A stretch of 64,000 nt of DNA from the human T2T-CHM13v2.0 reference genome, Homo sapiens, in the NCBI RefSeq assembly GCF_009914755.1, contig NC_060934.1. One strand, 5' to 3'. Below the pieces are notes generated by a model. That model did not search any database, was not told the DNA's origin, and saw only the letters and a list, made by a program, of their open reading frames with translations. Position 1 is the stretch's first letter; every line of letters starts with the position of its first letter. Below, piece after piece: positions 48,649 through 64,000 of the stretch. Position numbers and translations under genes: made by a program.

Positions 48649-50599
48649 GAAAAGGTAACTCCTGCTCACTTCCACCCCTCATGGAGAAATTTCTTAAAAC
48701 AGAACAAGCTCTCATGCTCCATTTCCATCACAGTACACATTGTGAGGACATGAAACATAATGTTTTCAGTGTTTGGTTATATGAGAATCAAATAGCTTCC
48801 TGGGGAAGAAAATACTGAATTTTACACAACCCATATGCCACTAATGGGATCAGATGGCAATATAGTAACACGCAGCCCAGTTCTTCATGCTTCATCCAAA
48901 AACCATGCCACGGATTTGGGGTTTGGACACTGAATTTGTCACTGTCTGCATGATCTTAGATAAGTTACTTTATCTCAGTAGTGTAGGTGGCATCATCGGC
49001 CCACCATCACGACTGATGGCCCCTGAGCTGACAATAAAAAACAAGTGTACATCTTTAATACCAGAAAGTAGTCAGTAAATATGTGGACGTGTGTTGTGAG
49101 TGGGTCTTATCTGTACCATGAGAGGTGTTAGTCTGAGATCTCTAAAAAGGGAGTGCCTAGAAACCAAGCATGGAAATGTGTCAAACCATCACCAAGAGTG
49201 AAAGATGATCAGGAACCAGAGAAATAGCCCCAGAATAGAGCTTACCCACACCAGGAGCAGTAACCCCTGGCTACCAGTAAATCCCACTGCTTGGTCTTTG
49301 CTCCTCTCTGACATATTTTATTGCAGCCCAAGCTCATGGACAGGCTCTCATCCCATCACCCTCAACATCACCTGTGTTTCAGGGTTGTTCTGAGAATCAA
49401 ACAGGATTTACCCTAAGCTCTTCAGGGATGTCAGTCAAGGTTAGCATGATGCAGGGCCTATAAGTTTACTTTAAGAGTATTTCTCAAGAGTCATCTTCTA
49501 TCAAAGGCAGTCTTTTCCAAGTCAGCTTGAGGCCACACAGTATTTTGAAAACATCGTGGACTTTGGAGTAAAAACAAATGTCTGCAATTTGTTGTGTTCT
49601 GTTACTACGGATTGGCCTGATTTGAGATACTTATTTAACTTCTTTGAGCCTCTGTTTCCTCATCTTTCATGAAACTAAGATACTGTCTCTAAATGGTGTC
49701 ACAAAGTAGTAATATAATAATTAACAGCTGAATATGAATAATGCCATTATGCCTTTCTGGTAAGACTCACTGTAGGTAAACACTTTGACCTATGTTATTT
49801 TATTTGATCTTTATAGAAACATGGGAGGATAGTGATGTGCCTACTTTTTTGAATGGCCTGCTAGGTAATTTGTGCCACCCTGAAAGCCAGCCTAATGGAC
49901 AGGTAGTGCAAAAGAAGCAAGAGGGTGTTCAGTTTCCTGCATGAACAGAGTCAGCAACTGACATCTGAGAGCCTTTGGGGCTATTTCATCCTGGGGTTTC
50001 AAGCTCAGCTTCAAAGGGACTGGAGAATGAGGCACAGATGAGAAGATGGGGATCCTATCTCCTCCCCAACTTCAATTGCAGCAGCTACATTTCTATGTGT
50101 TATTGATTGAATTTCCATGTAAGATTCCAATGGAAGAAAGTTGTAGTCAAGCACTTTCATTTCGCAAATGGCAAAACTGAAGCCGATATTGTGGTTGTGA
50201 CTTATCCCAAAGTAATATACACATAAACCTCTATGGATGAGGAAAAAGACAGAGGGAAACTAAAAATTCAAAAGAACAAATTTGACTCACAGATTTGCTG
50301 ACTCATAGTTATGATAGTTATTTCCTCTACCCACGCTTTCTTGACTGATTGAATAAGTTGCAGTTTTTGTCCTCAATTAACTCATCGGAACATGACATTA
50401 TTTTAAACTATTGAACCACCTTCTTCATTAAATAGTATTTTTTGAGAGTTTACTATATATGTCACTGTCCAGGTACAATGAAAAATACCATAAAGATAAA
50501 GCATTCTACACTCCATATGGATAGAATTCAGATTGCGTAGATGACTCAGTCTTATGAGAAGGTGGTATATAATGACAATGACAAATAAGTGTGACCATC

Positions 50600-50894
50600 T
50601 TTTTTTTTTTTTTTTTTTTTGAAAGGATCTCACTCTGTTACCTAGGCTGGAGTGCAGTGGTGCGATCTCCACTCACTGCAGCCTTGACCTCCTGGGCTCA
50701 AGTGATCCTCCTACCTCAATCTCCTGAGTAACTGCTACCACAGTTATGCACCACCACGCCCGGCTTTTTTTTTTTTTAATTGTTAGCAGAGACAGGATCT
50801 TGCTGTGTTGCTCAGGCTGGTCTCCAACTCCTGTCCTCAAGGAATCCTCCATGCCTTATGCTAGGATTACAGGCATAAGCCACCGTGCCCAGCC
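50600..50894 (-). mobile_element. AluJ element
   Basis: Antisense Alu with TSD AGTGTGACCATCTT. Confidence 0.92.
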
Positions 50895-51536
50895 AGTGTG
50901 ACCATCTTGAAAGGAGAAATTACACAAAACTCAGGGTGCTCTAGGGAAGTTTATTCAGAAGTTGAGGTTTTAGCTGGTCCCTGAAGAATGAATAATATTA
51001 AAATAGGAGACAAGAAGACACGAGATTCCAAATGTAGAATATCTTCATAGACTTGGAAATCTCAAGGCTCCTACTGAGAAGATGAAAACAAAATTGGTAT
51101 ATCTAGAGCTAAAGGTTTATGAAAGGAAGTTGGTAAGGCCTGGAATCACTAAGCATTGAACAGTGGATCATCAGGGGACAGCTGAGGCCGTTCCTCATAT
51201 TACAGAAGCAGGAAATGTGTTCCAGGAGCCAGCTCCATCGTCTAACCCTACAGTATGGGGCTGTCCTTCCCCGTCCTATGCCATCTCTCTGCCCCCACTG
51301 GATCAAATTCACAGATAACAAGATTTAACACATCATTTCTTAAACTCCTACTTTGTCACCACCACCTCTACTCAATTCCCAATAAATTGGAATATACATA
51401 ACACAGGAAGCAGGAAACAATAGAAAGGCTTTGAGCAAGGCACAGTGTCTTTGAAAGATGGATTTAGTGAGTATATTTGAACTGGAAGGATCTATAGGTA
51501 AATGTAGGCAAGGGGTCTGTGAAGGAATCCATTTAT

Positions 51537-51791
<255 letters not shown>

Positions 51792-54700
51792 GGAAAGAAT
51801 CCATTTATATGAACATTTCTTGTGTTCCTATGTGATGTGTGCTCTATGTATTATTTCCAATTTAATTTTAAGACAACCCAATTAGGTTGATAATAATATC
51901 TCAATTTTATAAACACGCAAACTAAGGCACGATGAGATTTAAGTAACTTTCCCAGTCTCAATTCACTAGCAAGTAAGAGCTGGGGTATAAAACTAAACCT
52001 TTATAATGTTAAAGTACATCCCCTTCTTTATTCTTTATTTTTAAGTCAAAAGCAGATGGTTGAGTTAATTATTTTCCTCAGTTCAAGACACATTATCATC
52101 TTTGATGTGTGCAGGGCCCCTTTGGAAGTTTTATTTATTTATTTTTATCCTTTTAAAAAAATTCCTATGCCCTGTTTTCATTCCTCTCTTTTCACAGCCA
52201 AAAAATTCAGTGTGTTTGATGTGTATTTGTTATTTTATATGTGTTCTTGAAAAATGAGTATTATTATTTTGTGTGCATATATTGTTAATTTATGTAAGTG
52301 ATATTAATTATGTATCTTCCTCCTTTACTTTTTTTTCACGAAGGACTATTTTTTTAAAGACTCATACATATTTCTATGGATGCTTCTAATCCATTGCTTC
52401 TAACTCCAACTTCTGCCCTTTCAATTACATACAATTAATTCCCTAAAGCAAGGGGCAGACTCGGGAGACATCACTCATAAATATTAATTAATCAATTAAC
52501 ATATTAAAAGCAATTCAGTCAACAAAACATTTGTTAAGCACTTACTACCAGACACTGTGTTTAATGTTGAGAATACTGAAATGAGTAAAGTTTAAAACCT
52601 AAACTTAGGGGACTGTCAGTCCAGTAGGAGACACTATCATGGAAATAAATAATTACAGTTTAGTGATTTATATGCAGTCATGGGTACGACCTCAAGAAAG
52701 AGGGACAGCACAGACAGGGTGTGATTGTTTTCATTGGGAGCACTGGGCAAAATGAGTGAAACGTGGAATAAAAAGAATGACCTTTTCTGAGTTTCAAAGA
52801 ATGTGTAGGAGGAACGTCCTGAGTGGATGGGTGGGGAAAGGGTGTTCTGGGAAACAGCACTTTCGACAAGAATTGTTGCATTCCCTGTCTTCTCTGGGGC
52901 CCCTTAAAGTCCATGTCCACTCACAGGCTCTTAAAACAGCAGCCATGTTTACTCTCCTACTTCCTGAGCTGATAGTCTTGAGGAGGGCCTCTGGTCCCTG
53001 CTACACAGCCATCCCTGATCAGTGCTCCAGCAGCCATGCGCATGTGTAGTCTTGGTTAAACAGGTGAGTTGGTCCTGTCTACTGTTTCCCTGGAGAATTT
53101 GAACCAAAAGATCCAGGCATGTTGCCATAGCAGTGGTGACCGGAAGTGGAGCTGGGAGATCTTGATGCCTGGTGGTCATCTGCATGCTAATGAATAAACA
53201 AAGCGTGGGCTTCCAAGCAAAGCGAGAGAAGAAAGGCTCCCCTGGGTAAGGAGAAACGCCATCTTGCTTTCTGACACTTTTCTCAGCTCTACTCTTGCGA
53301 GCTGGATTTTGCTTCCCGTCTTGAGGTCCATGAAGTTTATCTGAGTCTTGATAATCAATATCCCTTATTGTCAACTATTTTGTGTTTCAATTGCTTATTA
53401 CCCAGTGATGTTGAATAAAGCATGTATTCCAAGGCATAAAGACCCGAGAGACTGTGATCTGTTGACAGAGCTATAATCCCCTTGTTATTGACAGGTATGA
53501 AATAGGTGGGTGGGGTTGGAGGAAAAGCTGAAGGAAGAACCAAAAAGACTTAGTGACTGATTAGAAATGGCACACAGGGATAAAGCAAATCTGAAGTTGC
53601 AAGCTTGGAAGCCCCAGAAGAAAGGTGGTAATATTGATATAAAGCTAGGGAAATGAATGAATAGAGAAGAATTCAATTTTTAAATACATGAGAAGTCTTT
53701 GGGAAACATGTGAACATCAAATGGTAAATTAGAGAAAGATGAGCTTAGATGCCTGCACTAACCTTAGAGAGGAAAAGGAAGAGGACTCAGTGAAGGGGAG
53801 TTAGGAATGAGACCAAGAGTGGTCAAAGATGGGGGTTACAGAAAAATATAAAAAAGTAGCTGTTGATAATAGTAAAAAACACAGTCGAGTCCACGAAAAT
53901 GAGGATTATAGAAAAAAATCAATGCTCAACAGCCCTATAAATCCTTTCATTTCAGAAGTTTTCAGTGCCTTTAATATGCTTCCCCATATCTGTCTATGAT
54001 CACATGGATATTATCTTGGGTAGTAAATTCCTGGTCTATGGGAATTTGCTCTGTTAAAATTTGCTTTATTTAATACTCAATACAATGCCGTGTGTACTTA
54101 CCAAATATGTTTTTATTAATAAGACGAAGAAGGTTCTCGTGCTAAAGTTCTCTTGACTGCTAAAATTAGAAAGTGTCAATTTTGACCTCTGTGGCTGTGG
54201 GGAGGAACATCTGAAGCCTCGATGTTCAGATATGACATATAATGAAGCCTCTTCTCTATGCATCCTTCAAGTGGTCCCAGCTAATTTGGATGGGGAATTT
54301 TGAGGGAATTTAAATTTGGGGATTTCCCATGTGAAGCATCACTTTGCAATCATGTGCTTAGCTAAAAATTCTCCTTTTCGAGGATCGCTCATGCTAGTGA
54401 CGCGTTGTTAGTTTGGAGAGAGAATAAAGGACAAGTGTTGCCTTCCTTCCTGTGCCGCAGACTTAACCAACTAATTAAATCCACTTTGCTTTCTGGGCTT
54501 ATGGTGACTTTGTGTAATTCAGACTGGAATCTTGTCACATCCAGAAGATCTGTCGTTGTCCAGGTTACCATGGCAGCTAATTTTTTTTTTCTTTTTGTAG
54601 AATTATCCCCAGCCCTTGGCTTCAGTTAACCACATAAGCAGGTGTATTATTAGCTTAATGAAGGGACCCTTTCTGCAGGCTTCTTCCCATGCTGTCAGGT

Positions 54701-57044
54701 AGCTGTCCAACTCGCATGTTGTTGCTGTGTTTAGTATCTTATTCTCAGCATCCATCTGGAGCTCTTTTACAAAGCCGGTAGGTTGCGTGCCAGAGAACAT
54801 CTTGCTGCCTCGGAAGAAAATTCATCTCCTTTTTTTTTCTTAAATGTGACCCATGACATCACATTGTCCTCCCCAGCCCATCCTGAGCTCTGCACTGAGG
54901 GGTGGCTTTGTTGCCATCCTAGGCATGCATAGCTATTGTCTGTGCAATGCTTCATTTTGCAAGTCTGTAGCTATAATGCAACATACTCTGGGATCAGTTT
55001 CAAAGTCTAACGATTAACACATGTTTATTCATTCCAAATGGAGCCACGGCTGCAGTCCCTGCTGCACACATGTTATTGGGGATTTTTTAAATTGTTGTTA
55101 TTATTTTTCCTCTCTAGGTTGATTCTTCACATGGATCAGAAGCAACCAGCAATGAACTCCTGAAATCTTTGTTTACTGCCTTTGAGGAACCTTTGTACCC
55201 TTGCCGTTTCTCCATGAGGTGTGTCCCCAGATCACTTTCTGGATGGCAGGCAATGGCCGCTAGAAGGTCAGTTTTGTGCCCTGCTTTAAGTGTCACTCTG
55301 TATGCATGCTCCCACAGTGTAATGACAGCCAAGTAGTGACAAATGTAGCCTTACAGACTCAAGGCAATAGTGCACACCAGAAAAACACAGATGGGGAAAA
55401 AAGCAATTTTTGATTGAATCTAAAATATGGCAGGTAAACATTTAATGACACAAAGGCAGACATTCACAAAGAGGTTAAGAAATTAGGACATATTTTTTTG
55501 TAAGCGAAAAAAAGTCAAACATAGGGTTGTCATTATCAGCTACTGCAGCTGGTGCTCACACATCCTTGGGAGGCGTCCCAGAGTGGCATGGTCAGGCTCC
55601 TGGGCAGAGATGGTAAACTACTGACCCATTACCCTCAGAATGACAGTGATGTCAGCTCTACTCAGTGACCCAGGGAGACAGCAGCATTAACCAGTATGCA
55701 AAAAATATAGATGAAATTTGGAGCAAATTGATTTACTGAGGGATTACTTTTGGTTAAATGATTTTCCCTCCTTTCTGAGCCCTATCCATCCCAAGCCGAA
55801 TTCTCTGAGCTAAATTGAAGTTTCTGCAAATGCATCCTAGCAGTGGAGGTTAAAGAGTCACTGTGAAATTTATTTCATCCCTGAATTTACAGCTTTGTTA
55901 GGCAAAACTATATAAAAACCATAAAAAGAAAGAGGCTAAAAATAAAAATGGAAAAACCAATAACAAACAAGCAATTCCAGCCAACTCTTTTTCCTCTGCT
56001 CAAGATGAAATGAAGAAAGTGAGCATGGTATGTAACAACTAATGGTAATTTTCCCAGCCTTAATAGTCTACAAATGATCACAGATAAGGGATATGTACAT
56101 ATCCTAATTTATTCCCCTGACCTAAACATTGCTCTCCTAACAGTCACCTCTTCTGAACCTGCTGCTCTCTCTGATATGACAATCACTTGTAAATCTTGAT
56201 TGTAATTTTTTATACATAGTATCTAACACATTAGGAATGCAGAGTAAATGCCAAGCTATAATCATTTAAATGTCCTTCTTTATTTATTTCATTTCTCATG
56301 TTCTGTGTTTGAATGAAGACTCATGGAAACCCTTGTTTTCGCATTTAATCACGCAGTGCCAGGTGGCCCCAGCCCCAGGCTCAAGACAACCATTAGCAGG
56401 TTTTTCTGCTAGGGTGGATTCATCCTCTATATACATTTCTGATTGTCTATAAATAGCATCACTTGTGAGGATTGTTGAAATAATTTGTTGCTATAATTAT
56501 AGTGACATTTCTAGCATGTTATAATCATATAAAACTGCCAAAATAGGAGGATGCTATTTTGGACTTTTTTTTTCCAGTTTAGTTTGTGTTTCATGGAATG
56601 GAAGAAAAGATGAGGAATGCCTCTGGTTTAGAGAAGGAGCCACATTATAACAGAAGAGAACAATGACACACAAAAATCAGGAGTACTTCCTTCAGAAGAA
56701 AGGCAGCTGGAGCCTTTGAAATTGACATAGTTTTAGTCAAAAAGAAGAAAAGAAAGATCTCCAAAATATACAATTCCGTACATGCAAGAGAAGTGAAGAC
56801 ATGTGATGATATTTTTCCAGCTGAAGGCCTTAGCCAAACCAAAGTCATTTTAATTTTTCATAGGCTTTTACATTTTTGATGACAACATCTTGGTTGAGGA
56901 ATCACAAATGTCTGAAAAAGAAGTCGCAAGGATGGTTGCACTGTGAAAATCTTTGAAAAAGTCAGTATGTTTTGAATTGACATTGTATCTCCACTGTTTT
57001 CAAATGTTCAGCCAATGCCAATTAAACAAAATAAAGATGTATGT

Positions 57045-57407
57045 TGTATTAGTTCATTTTTATGCTGCTGATAAAGACATACCCAAGACTGGGTAATTTA
57101 TAAGGAAAAAGAGGTTTAATGGACTCACAGTTCCATGTGGCTAGAAAGGCCTCACAATCATGGCAGAAGGCAAAATGCAATTTACGTGGCAGCAGGCAAG
57201 AGAGAGAAATGAGAGCCAAGTGAAAGGGGTTTCCCTTTATGAAACTATCGGATCTCATGAGACTTATTCACCATTGTGAAAACAGTATGGGGGAAACCAC
57301 CCCCATGATTCAATTATCTCCCACTGGGTCCCTCCCACAACACGTGGGAATTATGGGAGCTACAATTCAAGATGAGATTTGGGTGAGGACATAGCCAAAC
57401 CATATCA
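57045..57407 (-). mobile_element. THE1C-like MaLR solo LTR
   Basis: TGTATTAG ... CCAAACCATATCA with perfect TSD TATGT. Confidence 0.92.
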
Positions 57408-59074
57408 TATGTATTGATAAAATGCTGTTAGCTAGTGAACAATCACATACTTTGAGGACTGTACCACAGTTGTGGATGTTTTCAAACTAAAATGGCATAC
57501 TGTATCTACATAAGTTGTGTTGATGGACAAAATTAGAAAATGTCAATGTTTATTTTAGATGCAATTTCTCTTTTTTCTTAGTGCCCAGTGCTGGGACCTA
57601 CTCATTTGACCTGCCTGATGACACTAAACAACAAAGTGGGAATTGGCTTTCTTGGCATTAATCAAGGTTATAATTTTATATGTATTTGTAGGATCTTTCC
57701 CCCACATCTGTACACTCCAAGAAGGTGCAGATCCTGTCTGGTTGGAACTCAGTCATATTTTCAGCAAGGTGACAAGTCATAGGTCATTTTGAGGTGAACG
57801 AATGAATGGTGGAACAGGAAGACTTCCAAATAATCCTTGCTCTGAAATTTACAAGTTTTATAAGCTCAGGCCAGCATTTCCCTTCTTGGAGCCTCAGATT
57901 CATTCTTTACAAAATGGCTGATTTGGCTTGGAGGCTCTCCAAGGTCCATCTTAAGTTCCAGAAGCCTTCAATTCCATAAATGAATATACAGTAGATGCCC
58001 TAGGGCTCTACCACCGCCTCTCTTCTGAAAACTGTTTGCACAACCCGCATCTCCGTCTCACTGCAGCACAACATTCCCTGGAGATAGTCATCTAGGCCAG
58101 AGTTAGACCCCAGATCCTAGCTGGACGGAGCACCTGCTTTTTTCCAGGTATTTGGTGCTAGGCCTGAGGACCTGCCATTTGGAATCTGCTTACAGCTGCT
58201 CTGTGACCTGCGGATTTGGGGACCCTGGGAGTGACTGCCTCCTGCCCAGTGTGGAGGGCTGGGCAGAGACAGCCAGAAGGCAGAGAGAGAGGAATAAAGC
58301 CGTCTCCAGACCAGAGCGGACAGAGCAAGTGGAGACTTCTGGCAGTTGCCATCCCTTGCTGAAAGCTGAGGGTTCCATAAGGGAGCTTGTATACTCATAG
58401 TGAATTTCCTTTTTGCCCTTTTTTTGGATGAAAAGTAGCTCTAATTAGCTTTGTGTTTTGTATCCAGAAACCCAACTAATAACATACATCCATTCTTTTC
58501 AGTAGTTAAACCTAGTTTAACTGGTGATTCTGGTGAAGTCTCCTAGACTTTTCAAAGCCTCATTCATAGAAGCCTAAACCCAGTATTTGTTGTGAACAGC
58601 ATTATCAGTGCCTGTGAGGCAGTCTCTCTCTGGGGTGAACCGCAATTTAGGCAGTCTTTTGTGTTTCTACACAGCAGGAACCTTATAAAACTGGAGAGGC
58701 AAGAGTCTTTGACCTAGGATGAGTCCATAGCCCATTTCTTTGCCCCATTTTTAAACAGGTTGGTCTTGCCTCCTGTTGTTGATCTTTGAGTCCTCCCCTG
58801 CACACCTGCCTGGAATGCTCAGCTCTTCCTGCTCACCTCCGCAGACTTCCAGAGCCTGGACAGAAGTCACTTCCCTGGCAGATATCAGCACAAATCTCTG
58901 TCTACCTTTGGTCTCCTCCAAACTGCCCTGTCTTCTTGTCACGCACATCCTAACTTCATATTTCCTTTCCTGATCTCATTGAGAAATGAGAAATCGGGTT
59001 ATGGGTTATCTAATTCCATTAGCCTCATTATTCCTTAGGCATCTCAGTCCCGGAGAGCTAATGCCATGTCATAG

Positions 59075-59565
<491 letters not shown>

Positions 59566-60145
59566 TCATCTTAATTTCTAGGTTCCTACCACTCCCTTTC
59601 TTGGCATGAAGGGGTGGGGGTCTTGTTTGCAGGTGGAACTTTTCCACTGTGGGTCTCTCGGTTTTATTGTAGATGTTTTAAAGTCTCAACTAAGGTTCCT
59701 GACAGGCAGAGGGAAGATGGGATGGGATGGGGGAACAGTGCTCTTCAACCTGGAGGGGCCTGGAGGGCTCAGGCCACTCAATACGTGCGTTAGTATATTT
59801 TCCCACATTCTTGTTCCTGTCTCTTTCCTTGTTAGGCAACACCACCCTGGTCTTTTTTTTTTTTTTTTTTTCTTGCCTTATCTTTGTTAAGCTTTCCACA
59901 TTCCTACTCCATCAGCATGCTTTTGGCTGACAAACTTGAAGCTTTCCCCTTTTGCTTGCTTTGCAGCTATCATCTAATCTTGCAAGAGATGAGAATTCTT
60001 GACATGTTTTTGTTAACTTCTTTTGTTGCCACTATGAGCTCCACCTAATTCTGAGACTGACATCCCCCAAGCAGCAGGCAGTGAGGCAAGGCTCTGGGGT
60101 GGCTGGCCTGGCCTTGCCACTCTGAGGCCAGTATTAAAACACTGA

Positions 60146-60512
<367 letters not shown>

Positions 60513-60538
60513 GTCTTTTATTTATTTTTCTAATCTAA

Positions 60539-60832
<294 letters not shown>

Positions 60833-62456
60833 TTTGCTGTCTTAATGAGAGCCAATTTAGCCACTCTGGCTGAAACCCTTCTCTTCATATGACAGCCCAG
60901 CCATCAAACATCAGTTGGATCCAATAGTTGAGTATGTGGGCTTCTTCAGTTTCCTAGGCATGGCTGGGTGACCAGAGAAAGAGAAGTGCCCACTCAACTG
61001 TCCACCAATTTGGAATTCTATCATTCATAACTAGCATTTATATTACGGCAGATTTTGAGCGATAAAGGTGATCACACAATTGCAAAACATGCTTTCTGTA
61101 TATTTATGACCAGGGTTTTTTCATGCCTCTCTCACTGACTTCCACCCCTGGTCCTTGTCAAGCTTCTAAGAGTTTCTCAGTGCCTTTTCCCCCAGAGCTT
61201 AGATCATATCCAAGGAGAGATTGAAAATAAAGTAATTCACTAAGTGGAAAAGAGGAGATTTTTTTATGACTATCAGTTTGCAAAAACAAAATTAAAGATA
61301 ATACAGGTTCATGCAATGTCACGGATAATGACAACAATCTAGATAACAGCCAAGAAAAGGCAACTTTATTGCTTTCTTGCAAACAAGCCAAGAACAATAG
61401 TTCATCAAGTTTCCACTATATTCATAATGGAGCATTTTATGATCTTCTAAGGAGAAGTTTGATGAAATGCAAGACTGTGCTTTAGATAAAAATGTCAATT
61501 TTCATTAAAATCTTTAAGTTTATTTGTCACACTTTCTTTCTAAATTCCAAACTAATTTCTTTGGGGCTCATGTCTCTATTAATTTGCTTGTTTCTTTTGT
61601 AACATAAAAGCTGTGACATTTAGATTTAAAATGACCATTGTTTCTGCACTGGATGTTCTTGGCCTGTTATTTCCTTCATAATTTTTACTACGGCTTTTGG
61701 GGATTCATTCACTTAGTCTTGGCAGTTACTGAATCTTCTTGTCCTTTGCAGCTATAGAGATGCCTCAAGTTGGCAAGAAAGAAAAGGAAGTCTTTGTGCC
61801 GTTGAATACCAAATGTGGTCTCTATTACAGTGCCGAAGGAGTGCTGTTTGGAATGACATTGGAAACAGCCAAAGAACATCTCCAAGACCTTCTGACGTTG
61901 ATGGAGAGAACCTCTGACTGAATCCTTGGTGGCCAGGCAGGCAGGGCAGCTCATTCTGAATGAGTAGAAATCTCATTTATAATGTTCAACCTAGGTAACA
62001 TGTTTTAGAAGACAACTTAAGTCAGAGGGAAAGCCTATTATGGCCAAAGCCTGAATATTTGTCCAGTCGGCTGTTAATCCAGTCAGCTTTGATGGAAGAA
62101 TTGGTAATAGGAAGATTGTTCTTTTTGGCTTGTTGGGCTGGAGTCAGAGAGAGGGGGACACCCACATGGCCAGAAAGCTGAGATGTCATAGCTAGATAGT
62201 CCTCGCAAATGCCACTTTACCAAACAGCCTTCCATTATGATTGTCTGCAAATGAAAGTTAACACTGCTACACCTGGCAAGGAAATTCTTTGCAGAGCCAT
62301 GGGTGTAGTTACCACACTGCACTGCAGCAGTTTGGGAGAAGATGCTGAATTAGGGTGAACCTCCAGTAGCCTCTTCTGGGCTTCTTCATGGAAAGGAAGT
62401 GAGAGAGCTTCCTGAAGCAGGAGATGGGACAGGTGCCAGGCAACAGAAGAAAATCA

Positions 62457-62722
62457 GGCCCTGCACAATGGATCACGCCTGTAATCCTATGGCTTTTGGA
62501 GGCTGAGGCAGGAGGATTGCTTGAGCTCAGGAGTTTGGGACCCCATCTATACAAAAAAAAATTGGCCAGGTGTGGGGTGACATGCATCTGTAGTCCCAGC
62601 TACTCAGGAGGCTGAGGCAGGAGGATGACTTGAGCCCAGGAGTTCGAGATTGCATCACTGCACTCCAGCCTGGGTGACAGAGCCAGACTCTGTCTCAAAA
62701 TAAATAAAGAAAAATCAAAAAA
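62457..62722 (+). mobile_element. AluJ element with internal deletions
   Basis: GGCC...GAGGCAGGAGGATTGCTTGAG... then A tail, flanked by AAGAAAATCA. Confidence 0.9.
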
Positions 62723-64000
62723 AGAAAATCAGCGATTTGGCCCTACCAGGCCAGGATGCAGGAACCCTGGCTGGGAACCCAAGAGGCAGTGGGAAAAGCA
62801 ATGTTAGGGTTCCAAGCCCTTGTGGAGTGAGTGCTCTGCTCCACTGCTGGTCTGAGCCAACCCCCTGTGTTCATGGCACCTCTACTTTGCGTTCTGAGAG
62901 CTTGGGCTTGGCAGTGACCTGGATGAGGCAGAAAAAGGGAGACAGGATAGTGGGACAGGCACAGAATCTGGAGACAGGGCTACTATTTGCTTTCTTTCGA
63001 GGGAGGAGCACAAAAGCCAAATATGAAGTCCTTCCTTCCAATCTTCCATTGTCTGAATTGAGCTGACTCACTGCAGAGTAAACTCATGGATAGCCTTGGT
63101 TTTTCCAGCATGAACAGCTGGGGGCAACTTCACAAGGGTGTGAGATTGGGGAGCTAGAATGGTGCCTCCAGTGTGTGTGAAGACACTGGAGAGTCATATT
63201 TACACCGTCACGAGCTCTCCTCCCAGAAAATCATCACGTTTATTATCTTGCCAATTAAACCTGCATAAATGCATGGGCAAGGTAGGAGAAAAATGGAAAA
63301 AATGCACAGTTCATTTCCTTCTCTGGTGCTGTTTACTCTACATGAGATATTATTAAAAGAGAAAGGTGGTAAACAGGCAGTAAACTGCCCTGTAACACCC
63401 ACAGGTCAACCAAAAAAGTCTGGTGTGATTTTAATCTCAGCGATTTTTGAAATTTAGTGATGAAGAGAAATGCTGAACCCCCTTTCTGGCGTGTTAAATA
63501 ATGATAATGTATGCTTTAAAAACTCATTACAACCATTAACATGAATAACTAGTGATTTCAAATTTGAGTTAAATAGTTAGGCTGCTACATTTATGTTCTT
63601 TGGGTGTTTGAATATAATTATTTGAGGATTAAATTGAGACACAACGATCGGTCCCAGAAATAAATAACAGACTTGCTTGCAAAGCCAAAATTGGAATGGA
63701 GAAATGAGAATTCTTAGAGAAAATATCTGTTGTATGAATGAATGAATAAAAAGGAGATATTCCACACATTAATTACAGGAAGATTTCAGGAAAGGTTTTG
63801 GTTGAAGTTTTTAAGACGATGATGACCGTAATAGATGATTTTAAGAAACACTTTTGATTTTGTTTCTTGTTTTTATGATTTCTAAGATTGGAGAAGGAAT
63901 TTATTAAAAGGACAAAAATGTACTTTTATTATTTAGTAATCTTCTTGATTTGGACAAAAACTGATGAGAGGCTACCTTTCTTGAAATAAAAGGAGTATCT

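Overview
Primate, almost certainly human, genomic DNA: it carries Alu, THE1 and MST repeats and a CpG island. The left ~10 kb holds the 5' end of NRP1 (neuropilin-1, human 10p11) on the minus strand. Coding exon 1 (7202-7130) gives MERGLPLLCAVLALVLAPAGAFRN and exon 2 (3701-3527) gives the start of the CUB1/a1 domain. Both have canonical GT-AG sites and join in phase. The ORF track misses both exons. A ~3.1 kb CpG island (~7000-10150) covers the promoter. The remaining ~54 kb is upstream non-coding DNA with about 17 Alus, MaLR/ERV solo LTRs, DNA-transposon fossils, L2/MIR and several enhancer-like motif clusters. I found no evidence of a new multi-gene system. The best leads are cis-level: three uORFs in the NRP1 leader and a candidate upstream exon whose splicing could bypass them; a T25/G-run at the promoter; a CTCF motif beside exon 2; a 217-bp dispersed intronic duplication; and a perfect 22-bp foldback palindrome inside an LTR26 copy. 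Repeat family names come from recalled consensus sequences, not a database search, and boundaries of old repeats are approximate.
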